DNA of 64,000 nucleotides from Castellaniella sp. Lineage in GTDB: Bacteria > Pseudomonadota > Gammaproteobacteria > Burkholderiales > Burkholderiaceae_B. Under the pieces are notes generated by a model, which did not search any database, had not been told where the DNA came from, and saw only the letters and a list, made by a program, of their open reading frames with translations. A program made the translations under genes and the position numbers. Of this stretch, positions 18,446 through 26,592 are shown piece after piece. The stretch's first letter is position 1. Each line of letters begins with the position of its first letter. The DNA lies in assembly GCF_036379515.1 (NCBI RefSeq), contig NZ_DASVGN010000036.1, positions 3,007-67,006 of the forward strand. The letters are read 5' to 3'.

Positions 18446-18976
18446 CTACACTTGCCCGCGTTCGGCCAGCGATGTGGTCTCTGTTGCACTCACCACGATA
18501 TGGTCCAGTATCCGGACATCGATCAGAGCCAGCGCCTGTTTCAGTTGCCGTGTCAGATGCACGTCGGCAGCGCTGGGTTCCGCGATCCCTGATGGATGGT
18601 TATGTGCCATGAAAAGCGCAGCCGCATTCAGGCGGAGTGCCGTTTTGACGATCTCGCGCGGGTAGATGTTCGCCTGGCTCAGCGTCCCCATGGCCTGTTC
18701 GATGTAGCGGATAGGCCGCAGCTGTGCATCCAGGTATAGGAAAGCGGCGCATTCGTGGCCAAGCCCGGCCAGTTTGGACTGAAAAAATGACCTTACCCGC
18801 TGGGGGTTACCCAGTGCATTGTCCATGGAAATCAGGCTAACGGCGGCTTCGCGGCCTGCCGCCAGAATCTGGCTATCCGTGGCAGGCTTGTAGCGTCCGC
18901 TGGGGCTGCGCACATACAAAGGGTGTGCGTCGTTCATGTTGTCATAGCTCAGCGCGGCGGTGCTGTTCGTGTTCAT
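18446..18976 (-). CDS. radC: RadC-like JAB/MPN-domain protein
   Basis: JAMM motif AALFMAHNHPSGIAEPSAADVHLT and C-terminus ...ILDHIVV, typical of RadC-family proteins. Confidence 0.85.
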   Translation of the reverse strand: MNTNSTAALSYDNMNDAHPLYVRSPSGRYKPATDSQILAAGREAAVSLISMDNALGNPQRVRSFFQSKLAGLGHECAAFLYLDAQLRPIRYIEQAMGTLSQANIYPREIVKTALRLNAAALFMAHNHPSGIAEPSAADVHLTRQLKQALALIDVRILDHIVVSATETTSLAERGQV

Positions 18977-18999
18977 GAGTGCTTTCTCCTTTCGGGGTT

Positions 19000-19345
19000 A
19001 ACCGGCTACCGGGGCCGAAGATTCCGAGCCTTTCGTAGGTTTTGCGGTGTCCGCAGACCTACCTCTGGCCCGGAGTGCCACCGTTGCCGTGAGTTCGTCG
19101 CCTTGCCGCGCTGGATTACGAAGGGACGACCGGAAAGGGGCGGGCACGCAAGCCGCAGCCCGAAGGAGAACGAAGAGAAACGAAGAGAAACGAAGGGACC
19201 GGGTGAGTACCCGACAACGCGCACCCCTTGCAGAAAGGAGCACAGTGATACAGTCGGCGTTTTGGGCGGCGAGATCAGGGCAATGGCTGCCCGCGCCCGT
19301 GGGAATGGACTGCGGATGCCGGCCGCGCGGCGAGCGCTGCTACCG
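19000..19345 (+). repeat. Structured intergenic repeat, copy C (most diverged; 10-nt tandem expansion in the apical region)
   Basis: Shares the GCCGAAGATTC, GCCGTGAGTTCGTCGCC, GGCACGCAAGCCGCAGCCCGAAG, GCGCACCCCTTGCAG and GCCGCGCGGCGAGCGC blocks with copies A and B. About four tandem copies of CGAAGAGAAA lie at 19161-19200. Confidence 0.7.
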
Positions 19346-19473
19346 GACGAAGGACGGTCCGACTTAATGCGCTGTGATATGTGTCCCGCCGCTCACCTGG
19401 CATCTCCGTAGGAAGGCCAAGCAAGACACGAGCGAGAAAACCGACGACGGCTGACGATGAGAGTAAAGCTGCC

Positions 19474-19698
19474 TTACGTTTGCGCGCAACTACAACTATT
19501 GCGACTCGCCTGTATGGGCGGACAAGGCACATCCCCCCAAGAACAGAACACACAGCAGTCGCCCGGCTTGGGCCGCAGCAACGCCTCGCATTGACTGCAC
19601 CGGTAGAAGAAGAGGCACGCATCGGTAGGCATAGTTTCCTTCTGACGGTGGCCGCAACGCGGACAGGCAAGGACGGATTCGAGGATCACGTTATTCAT
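19474..19698 (-). CDS. GDCCVxC-domain small metal-binding protein
   Basis: 74 aa with CPRCGH, CSQCE and the GDCCVFCSWG motif. It lies directly downstream of merP. Confidence 0.7.
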   Translation of the reverse strand: MNNVILESVLACPRCGHRQKETMPTDACLFFYRCSQCEALLRPKPGDCCVFCSWGDVPCPPIQASRNSCSCAQT

Positions 19699-19705
19699 GG
19701 TGAGA

Positions 19706-19984
19706 TCACTTCTTCTGCACTGTGGACGGGTAGCCCACGTTGGTCGTGGCAGTAGTCAGCGCCGCGAGTTGCGCCTTGTCCGGGTCGTAGGTGACGGTAG
19801 CGGTTTTCTTCGCATAGTCGACTTTGACAACACTCACCCCCGGCACCTTTTTCAACGCCGCCTTGACCGTGATCGGGCAGGTCTCGCAGGTCATGCGCTG
19901 CACATCAAGTGTTACCGTTTCGGGGGTAGCGGCGAGTGTCGTCGCAGACAGAGCCAAGAGCGCGACCAGCAGCAACTTGCGCAT
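19706..19984 (-). CDS. merP: Periplasmic mercury-binding protein MerP
   Basis: Signal peptide followed by an HMA fold with MTCETCP. Confidence 0.9.
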   Translation of the reverse strand: MRKLLLVALLALSATTLAATPETVTLDVQRMTCETCPITVKAALKKVPGVSVVKVDYAKKTATVTYDPDKAQLAALTTATTNVGYPSTVQKK

Positions 19985-19996
19985 AGGAATCTCCTT

Positions 19997-20344
19997 TCAG
20001 TAGAACAGTGGAGCGAACCACGGAACGGCCAACAGGCCAAGCAGCAACGCGGTGACAAGCCAGAACACTCGCCGCTGCCGCAAGCGCACGTTCGGACTGC
20101 AGCAGGAGGCGCCCGGTGAGCAAACCGCCGGCAGCAGATAGAGTCTGCAAAACGCAAGCGCGAGAAACAGCAGCGTGAGGCCAATGAAGACGGGCCGGTA
20201 CGGCTCCATCGCCGTAAGGTTTCCCACCCAGGCTCCCCCTGCGCCAAGTGCAAGCAGTATGAGCGGGCCCACGCAGCACACCGACGCGCCAACGGCCGCC
20301 AAAGTACCTGCCATCAGAGAACCTCTGCCAGTGAATCGTGCCAT
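19997..20344 (-). CDS. merT: Mercuric ion transporter MerT
   Basis: GRGSLMAGTLAAVGASVCCVGPLILLALG...LEPYRP aligns with canonical MerT, including the CC pair. ATG 20344 has AAGGAA 6 nt upstream; the ORF track starts 5 codons earlier. Confidence 0.9.
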   Translation of the reverse strand: MARFTGRGSLMAGTLAAVGASVCCVGPLILLALGAGGAWVGNLTAMEPYRPVFIGLTLLFLALAFCRLYLLPAVCSPGASCCSPNVRLRQRRVFWLVTALLLGLLAVPWFAPLFY

Positions 20345-20374
20345 GCCATTTCCTTGCACCTATCTGCTCAGGTG

Positions 20375-20410
20375 CTACTCTAAATCCCGTACCGAGGTAC
20401 GAAGTCAAGC
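20375..20410 (-). promoter_or_regulatory. mer operator/promoter (MerR dyad inside a long-spacer promoter)
   Basis: The minus strand reads TTGACT-tcgtacctcggtacgggat-TTAGAG. The dyad TCGTAC-N4-GTACGg sits in a 19-bp spacer, closely resembling Tn21/Tn501 merOP. Confidence 0.7.
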
Positions 20411-20423
20411 GAGGGAGAAACGG

Positions 20424-20912
20424 ATGGCGGCAGCACTGACAATCGGCAAGCTGGCAAAGGCGGCTGAGGTGAACGTGGAGACGATCCGCTACTACCAGCG
20501 GCGTGGCCTGCTGGATGAGCCTCCGAAACCACCCGGTGGCCAGCGACGCTACCCGGCCGAGCAGGTCAAGCGGGTGCGTTTCATCAAGCGCGCACAGGCG
20601 CTGGGGTTCACGCTATCGGAGATTGGCACACTGCTTGCGCTGGACGCAGCCCGCGTTTGCCACGACACGCGCGCACTCGCCGCTCACAAGCTCACGTCGA
20701 TCGAGCAGAAGATGGCGGACCTCGCCGCTATGCGGCGAGTGCTGGACGATCTGGTGCAGCAGTGCGATGCGGGAGGTGGCGGAGCCGAGTGTCCGATTAT
20801 CGACGCGCTGGCGGAAGAATCACAGCCACTGGAAAGAACGCAGGACTCGCAGGCCCTTGTTGACCTTCCCATTGTGAAAAGGTTTAAAGTGACGAGGTTG
20901 GGGTCAAGGTGA
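20424..20912 (+). CDS. merR: Hg(II)-responsive regulator MerR
   Basis: LTIGKLAKAAEVNVETIRYYQRRGLL HTH, with Cys residues in positions matching MerR C82/C117/C126 (VCHD, QQCD...ECP). GAGGGAGA RBS. The C-terminus is about 18 aa longer than canonical MerR. Confidence 0.85.
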   Translation: MAAALTIGKLAKAAEVNVETIRYYQRRGLLDEPPKPPGGQRRYPAEQVKRVRFIKRAQALGFTLSEIGTLLALDAARVCHDTRALAAHKLTSIEQKMADLAAMRRVLDDLVQQCDAGGGGAECPIIDALAEESQPLERTQDSQALVDLPIVKRFKVTRLGSR

Positions 20913-20949
20913 TTTTCTTGCAATAACCCAGCCTCAAAGGGTCACCCAC

Positions 20950-21348
20950 ATGCTCACGAGAACAAGTCATACGAAGCGCCTTCTTATTGCCCTCGCGGCA
21001 ATGCTGAGCCTGCTGTTCGTGCAGCTGGCTTCAGCAGCGTACGGATGTCCGCCGACGTTCACGGGTGACGCTGGGTCAATGCCCAACATGCAGACGGCGT
21101 ACGCAGACTGCACACAGATTGATGCGGCACTGCCAAGTCTGTGCGCAGTGCAGGTGAGTGCCAGCAGCAACGTCCCTCTCGTTCACAAACTCAAGGCCTT
21201 CCCGCACGCCGCAGGCTTGTGGAGCATTGGCCTTCTTGGTGCCCCTTCTGGCGCCTTCGCTGCAACGCCATCCGTTCAGCCTCCCCCCGGCCTGTTCAGG
21301 GCCATTTCGCCGCCGCTGTCTATCCGCGACTGTCGTTTTCTGATCTGA
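20950..21348 (+). CDS. Hypothetical secreted protein
   Basis: 132-aa ORF with a signal-peptide-like N-terminus (LLIALAAMLSLLFVQLASAAYG). No family recognised. Confidence 0.4.
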   Translation: MLTRTSHTKRLLIALAAMLSLLFVQLASAAYGCPPTFTGDAGSMPNMQTAYADCTQIDAALPSLCAVQVSASSNVPLVHKLKAFPHAAGLWSIGLLGAPSGAFAATPSVQPPPGLFRAISPPLSIRDCRFLI

Positions 21349-21529
21349 CAATCCGCCGCAACACCTAATCGGTAAGCGGTCACCCGTAGTCCGTCTCCTG
21401 CTGCGCGCGTGCCAGCCTAATCGGCTGCGCCCGTCCATGCGCGGGCCGCAGCGGGCTGCAATCAGACAACAGACCCCGAGGGCCCGTTTCGGCTGGCGCT
21501 CCCGGATCTCCAGATCACAAGAGGAACAC

Positions 21530-21940
21530 ATGATGAAAACATCTTCGACAACTATCTTCGACACACCCCAACGGGTTGCCTTCGGCAACTGGGCCGCTCG
21601 CCACAAGTTTTGGCTGGGTGCCGCATCCGGCGCATTTGTCGCAGTGGGCCTGACGGCTGGCTGGGACCGGCTGGCAACCCTTGGAGCGCTCTCCACACTT
21701 CTCGCGGTGCTGCCCTGCGCACTCATGATGGGCCTCTGCATGAAGATGATGAAGCACACGGACTCGAACGGCGCATCGTGCTCTGGCACTCAACCAGATC
21801 GGACGGCTGAGCCCGCCAGTCCTGACCAAACTGCCCTCCAGGCACCGCAAATAGAATTCTCACCGGCGCGAGTTTTGGAACAGGACCATGCGCCCATGAA
21901 AGCTCCAACTGCCCTGGCTGAACCCGGAGCGAATCAATGA
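21530..21940 (+). CDS. DUF2933-like small membrane protein
   Basis: ATG 21530 with AGAGGA RBS. The TM segment ends LPCALMMGLCMKMMKH, typical of DUF2933 proteins found in copper clusters. Confidence 0.5.
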   Translation: MMKTSSTTIFDTPQRVAFGNWAARHKFWLGAASGAFVAVGLTAGWDRLATLGALSTLLAVLPCALMMGLCMKMMKHTDSNGASCSGTQPDRTAEPASPDQTALQAPQIEFSPARVLEQDHAPMKAPTALAEPGANQ

Positions 21941-22059
21941 TGGGCAGCAGCGTGACGTGCGGCGGCATGATGGGGTTGATGGGTATCGGCGGGCTACTGG
22001 TGCTCGTCCTCCTCGTCCTTCTGATCGCGGTACTCGTCAAATATCTGTTCAAGAAATAG
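21937..22059 (+). CDS. Unannotated 40-aa Met/Gly-rich single-TM peptide
   Basis: Not in the ORF track because it is under 60 aa. ATGA overlap with the preceding stop. It translates to MMGSSVTCGGMMGLMGIGGLLVLVLLVLLIAVLVKYLFKK. Confidence 0.4.
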   Translation: MMGSSVTCGGMMGLMGIGGLLVLVLLVLLIAVLVKYLFKK

Positions 22060-22133
22060 GCGGGTGCGGACGGCTGCTACGCCCGGCTTCCTCGCACCGT
22101 CTGGTAGCAATAGGCATTGATATAGAGGTCATC

Positions 22134-23837
22134 ATGACAACACATCACTTCATCACCCGCCGCACCTTCCTGGGCTACGCCGGCACGAGCGCTGCAGCGC
22201 TTCTCGCCGGCCTGCCGCAGGTTGAAGCAACTCCTGTCACGAAAGCAGGAGGCGATGCCTTTGAACCCGACGTCGCGCTGGAGTTGACGGCCAGCCCTCA
22301 AAGCGTTGCACTGCGCTCGGGGCCCGCGACGCCCGTGTGGACCTACGAGGCGCAAGTGGTAAAAGGCGACCCGGCAAGCGTGCATGCATCTCCCGGCGGG
22401 TACCTCGGGCCCACCCTGCGCGTGCGACGCGGCCAGAAACTACGCGTCGACTTCGTGAACCACACCAATCAACCCAGCATCGTCAACTGGCACGGGCTGC
22501 ATGTCCCAGCCGATATGATGGGGTTGCCGCGCTACGAGGTGAAGCCAGGCGAGCACTACCGCTACGAATTCGAGGTACTCGACCGCGCAGGTACCTACTG
22601 GTATCACGCGATGGCCGCCGGCCACACACCCGAGCAGGTGTACTTCGGGCTTGCCGGGCTCCTGCTCGTGACGGACGATGAAGAACAGGCTCTGGCGTTG
22701 CCCCGCGACGAATACGACTTGCCGCTCGTCATCCAAGACCGGACTTTTGGAGACAACAACCACCTGCACTACCTGCCTGGCACGGGCCCTGAAGCTGCGC
22801 CCGCGCACGGCTCCCCACCCCAGGCGCCCGGAATGGGGAGCAGCACGATGGGCGGCTCAGGCATGATGGGTGGCATGATGTCGGGCGGCATGAGCGGCAT
22901 GATGACCCGCATGATGGGGTTCTTTGGCGACACCATCCTGGTGAATGGCAAGCCCGATGCCACGCTCAAAGTCGCCACGCACGCCTACCGCCTGCGCGTG
23001 CTCAACGCGTCGAACGCCCGCACCTACAAGCTGGGCTGGGAAGACGGCCGACCGCTTACGGTGATCGCCACCGGTGGCGGCCTGCTTGAACGCCCCGTAC
23101 AGAAAGACTACGTAATGCTCACCCCCGGCCAGCGCATCGAGTTGTGGGCAGACTTCAGCAAAGACGCGGTGGGCACGCAGCTTACGCTCATGAGCCTCGC
23201 CTTCGATGGCATGGCGGGCATGATGGAAAGCACGATGGGCGAGGAGATGATGGGGGGCGGCATGATGGGGAACATGATGAGCCACATGATGAGCGGCTCA
23301 TCCCTGGCCGACGGCGCGCGCTTTGCGATCCTCAAAGTGGCCGTGACACAAAAGGCAGACGAAGTACTCGAGCTGCCGCAGCGCCTTGCCACACTCACGC
23401 GGCTACGGGCCGAAGACGCGGTGAATCGTGATCGCCCCCGGATCTTCCGGGTTACCATGGGCCACATGCGGTGGGGCTTCAATGGCCGCAGCTTCCAGAT
23501 GAACGAGGTCGCGCCCGACGAAATCGTGAAACTCGGCACGACCGAGGTCTGGGAGTTCGTCAACAACATGATGATGGCGCACGCCATTCACCTGCACGGC
23601 CTGCAGTTCCAGGTGCTGGAGCGGCACAATAGCCCGCAGGGTGCGGGCGTGGTCGAGGGCTGTGTCGACGACGGTTGGGAAGACACCGTGCTCCTGATGC
23701 CCAACGAGCGCGTGAGGCTTCTCATGCGTTTTGCAGACTTCACCGGAAGCTATGCCTACCAGTGCCACATGCTGGAGCACGCGGCGATGGGCCTCATGCG
23801 TGATTACGAGGTCCAGCCAGCGCAAACGCCAGCATGA
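22134..23837 (+). CDS. Multicopper oxidase (CueO/CopA-like) with Tat signal and Met-rich inserts
   Basis: Tat signal TRRTFLGYAG. Copper-site motifs WHGLHVP, YWYHAM, HAIHLHG and YQCHMLEHAAMGLM. Met-rich loops are present (GMMGGMMSGGMSGMM). Confidence 0.9.
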   Translation: MTTHHFITRRTFLGYAGTSAAALLAGLPQVEATPVTKAGGDAFEPDVALELTASPQSVALRSGPATPVWTYEAQVVKGDPASVHASPGGYLGPTLRVRRGQKLRVDFVNHTNQPSIVNWHGLHVPADMMGLPRYEVKPGEHYRYEFEVLDRAGTYWYHAMAAGHTPEQVYFGLAGLLLVTDDEEQALALPRDEYDLPLVIQDRTFGDNNHLHYLPGTGPEAAPAHGSPPQAPGMGSSTMGGSGMMGGMMSGGMSGMMTRMMGFFGDTILVNGKPDATLKVATHAYRLRVLNASNARTYKLGWEDGRPLTVIATGGGLLERPVQKDYVMLTPGQRIELWADFSKDAVGTQLTLMSLAFDGMAGMMESTMGEEMMGGGMMGNMMSHMMSGSSLADGARFAILKVAVTQKADEVLELPQRLATLTRLRAEDAVNRDRPRIFRVTMGHMRWGFNGRSFQMNEVAPDEIVKLGTTEVWEFVNNMMMAHAIHLHGLQFQVLERHNSPQGAGVVEGCVDDGWEDTVLLMPNERVRLLMRFADFTGSYAYQCHMLEHAAMGLMRDYEVQPAQTPA

Positions 23838-23846
23838 GGCTCTGAA

Positions 23847-25034
23847 ATGTCTTCCTGGCTTTTCACCCAGATTCTGCTCGCCATAGGCGCAGGGCTCCTC
23901 TTGAATCTGACGCCCTGCGTGCTACCCGCCGTCCCGCTGAAAGTCCGCGCGGTGCTGAACGCCACGGGCGACCACCTGAAGGTCCGCATCGCATCTGCCG
24001 CGCTCTTCACAGCAGGGTCGGTGCTGTTCTTCGCTGCACTGGGCATCGCCACCGCCCTGTTGCAGTGGCAATGGGGAGTGCTGTTTCAATCGCGCGCCCT
24101 GCTGATCGTTCTCGGTACTGTGTTGACGGCGTTTGCTGCGATGAACTTTCTCGGACGCGGCCTACCTGTCCCAAACGCCGTCGCCACTTTACGCGGGGGA
24201 AAATTCCTTGAACCTTTTTTCTCCGGCCTCATTTCAGCGCTACTTTCGACGCCCTGCACGGGTCCCCTCTTGGGCGGCGTCCTGGTATTTGCGCTTGCTC
24301 AGCCAACGGCCAATATCGTCGCCCTCTTCGTGTCGATCGGCCTCGGGCTTGCACTCCCCTATGTCGTGCTGCTCCTTCGCCCCGGCCTTTTGAAGCACCT
24401 GCCGCGTGCGGGAGCCTGGACGGAAGTCATTCGTCAGAGCTTTGGCTGGCTGCTGCTCGCTGCAGCACTTTTTTATCTCCAAAGCGCGATCCCGGCCTCG
24501 TGGGTGGCGCCTCTCTGGGCCGCCTTGTTCGCAGGGGTGCTCGCCTGGGCGGCCTACCGATTCTGGCGTGCGGTAGATCGTGGCTCACGTGCAGTGGCGC
24601 TCTTCGTGAGCGTCATCGCCCTGGCTTCCGCCTACGCCGGGGCAGGCCCCGAGAAGTCCCCCGGCCACATGATCGCCTGGCAACCGCTACGGGCGGCCGA
24701 TGTTTCCGCACTGCCTACGCTCGGGCGCCCCGCCATCGTGGAATTCACGGCGCAGTGGTGCATCAATTGCAAGGTGCTCGAGAAAACCACTTACGAGGAC
24801 AGCACCGTGGTTCAGGCCGTTGCCCGCTCGGGTGTTGTTGCGTTTCAGGCAGACCTGACACACCCCGATCTGGCGCTCGAGCACCTGCTCGCTTCCTATG
24901 GCGGCGTGGGCTTGCCGTTTCTCGCTGTTCTTGACCGCGAGGGGCGCAAAGTGCGGGATTTTTCCGGCTTGTTCACGGGCGCAAGTCTGGTGAAGGCATT
25001 GAAAGCAGTAGGACCTCAGGAGGATCTTGAATGA
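23847..25034 (+). CDS. DsbD/ScsB-family membrane thiol:disulfide reductase with a C-terminal thioredoxin domain
   Basis: LNLTPCVLP and STPCTGP transmembrane Cys motifs. C-terminal Trx-like AQWCINCK. Confidence 0.8.
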   Translation: MSSWLFTQILLAIGAGLLLNLTPCVLPAVPLKVRAVLNATGDHLKVRIASAALFTAGSVLFFAALGIATALLQWQWGVLFQSRALLIVLGTVLTAFAAMNFLGRGLPVPNAVATLRGGKFLEPFFSGLISALLSTPCTGPLLGGVLVFALAQPTANIVALFVSIGLGLALPYVVLLLRPGLLKHLPRAGAWTEVIRQSFGWLLLAAALFYLQSAIPASWVAPLWAALFAGVLAWAAYRFWRAVDRGSRAVALFVSVIALASAYAGAGPEKSPGHMIAWQPLRAADVSALPTLGRPAIVEFTAQWCINCKVLEKTTYEDSTVVQAVARSGVVAFQADLTHPDLALEHLLASYGGVGLPFLAVLDREGRKVRDFSGLFTGASLVKALKAVGPQEDLE

Positions 25035-25549
25035 AAAGCAGCAACAGACGCAGCGTGGCAAACCTGGGCGCAGTCGTCGTCCTTGCAGGAACAGCGATAC
25101 TTTTCGGCTGGCGTCAGTTCTCGGCAACCCATACCGAACCGGCCACAGACAACGCAACGGCAGCCAGCAGCGGCATCATGGACTCGTCGGCACACGTCAC
25201 CGCCTCCGTCGCCCTCAAGGGTCAAGATGGCATCGTCACCCTGCATATCGGCAAGGACTGGCACGTCAACGCCAACCCCGCCTCGCTTGAGAACCTGATC
25301 GCCTCGACGGTCATGATCGAACATAACGGCTCGCAACGTGCGGCGCAGGCAATCTACCCGCCCGGAAAGAGCAGCGGCATCACGATCGATGGCACGGACA
25401 TCCTGGTCTACGAAGACGGTACGGTCATCCCTGTGAAAAACCTGGACAGTACGCCAGGCGACCATATGCTGGTGCGCGTCCAGGCCTGCAACACGCAAGG
25501 CATCTGCCTTGCGCCTGCGATGATTGTCGCCACAGGTAGTCAGATTTAA
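25031..25549 (+). CDS. DsbD N-terminal-domain-like periplasmic protein
   Basis: ATGA overlap with the upstream gene, an N-terminal TM anchor, and ACNTQGICLAP near the C-terminus. Confidence 0.55.
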   Translation: MKSSNRRSVANLGAVVVLAGTAILFGWRQFSATHTEPATDNATAASSGIMDSSAHVTASVALKGQDGIVTLHIGKDWHVNANPASLENLIASTVMIEHNGSQRAAQAIYPPGKSSGITIDGTDILVYEDGTVIPVKNLDSTPGDHMLVRVQACNTQGICLAPAMIVATGSQI

Positions 25550-25584
25550 ATCTTTTATCGCAATCCCCTCTACAGGAGTATTCC

Positions 25585-26019
25585 ATGCGTCACCTCAAAA
25601 CACTGGTTCTCGCACTCGCCCTGGGCTTTCCACTCTCGGCAATGGCTGCCGGCATTCCGGTCAAAATGTACAAAAGCCCCAATTGCGGCTGCTGTGACCG
25701 ATGGGCCCAGCATCTTGAAGCCAACGGCTTTACGGTGGAAACCATCAATACGCCAGCCCTTGCTTCAATCAAGGAGAAGTACCACATACCGACCAACCTG
25801 GCGGGTTGTCACACCGCGCTGGTGGAGGGGTACGTGGTGGAAGGCCTCGTGCCTGCCAAGTACATCAAGCAGATGCTGGCCGAGCATCTTCCCGTCAAAG
25901 GCCTCTCCATACCGGGGATGCCTGTGGGAGCCCCCGGTATGGCGGGCACCGCCGCCGGGCCGCTGAACGTTTACACGCTGGGCGCAGGATCAGCACCCAA
26001 AGTTTTTGCCACCTTTTGA
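25585..26019 (+). CDS. DUF411 (CopG-like) periplasmic metal-binding protein
   Basis: Signal peptide, the CGCC motif (SPNCGCCDRW) and the CHTALVEGYVVEGLVP block. Confidence 0.8.
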   Translation: MRHLKTLVLALALGFPLSAMAAGIPVKMYKSPNCGCCDRWAQHLEANGFTVETINTPALASIKEKYHIPTNLAGCHTALVEGYVVEGLVPAKYIKQMLAEHLPVKGLSIPGMPVGAPGMAGTAAGPLNVYTLGAGSAPKVFATF

Positions 26020-26163
26020 GCCGGTTACCTCACGCGGGTACAGAAGTGCCGGCGCAATCCGCCTATTAGGGTCAGGGCTTATCGTGTTCTCGGGAAAGCC
26101 GAAGAGCAACATACACAAACAAACGAAGTTACCGTGCAATTCGCACAAATCAGTGGAGCCATC

Positions 26164-26592
26164 ATGAACCCAAAAAAATACGTAGCCGTCGCATCACTTG
26201 GTCTCGCGATCGCGTTGGGCACCACGCCATTATCTGCCGTCGCTGCAGACGTCGCAGCCAATGGCGTGGCTGAGGTCTTCAATCACGCGATTACGAATAT
26301 CCCTGGCAAATCCCTGATTGCAGTCGAGGTGAACTATAAGCCTGGCGAAAAATCGCCGGCCCACTGGCATGCAAAATCGGCATTCATCATGGCCTACGTG
26401 ATATCGGGTTCGATCCGCAGCCAGGTCGAAGGCGAACCGGTGCATGTCTATAAAGCGGGCCAGACCTGGTATGAGAACCCAGGGGCGCATCATGTCGTGA
26501 GCGAGAACGCCAGCAAGACCGAACCCGCCAAGATGCTAGCCGTTCTTGTGGCTGATACAAAACACGGTGCTCTGACCACATTCGATAAATGA
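26164..26592 (+). CDS. Secreted cupin-domain protein
   Basis: ATG 26164 with GGAG RBS. Signal peptide, and cupin motifs HWHAKSAFIMAYVISG...YENPGAHH. Confidence 0.7.
   Translation: MNPKKYVAVASLGLAIALGTTPLSAVAADVAANGVAEVFNHAITNIPGKSLIAVEVNYKPGEKSPAHWHAKSAFIMAYVISGSIRSQVEGEPVHVYKAGQTWYENPGAHHVVSENASKTEPAKMLAVLVADTKHGALTTFDK

Noticed and set aside
16738-19367. Plus-strand ORFs lying within the structured repeats (16738-16989, 16752-17072, 18092-18592, 19047-19367)
   Set aside because: They fall inside conserved non-coding repeat copies. Their reading frames are not conserved between copies. They are Arg/Pro/Gly/Ala-rich and lack an RBS.
19345-19474. merA or other mer genes (merC/D/E/F) downstream of the GDCCVxC gene
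   Set aside because: Only about 130 nt separate the GDCCVxC stop from repeat copy C. No reductase-like ORF exists on either strand nearby.
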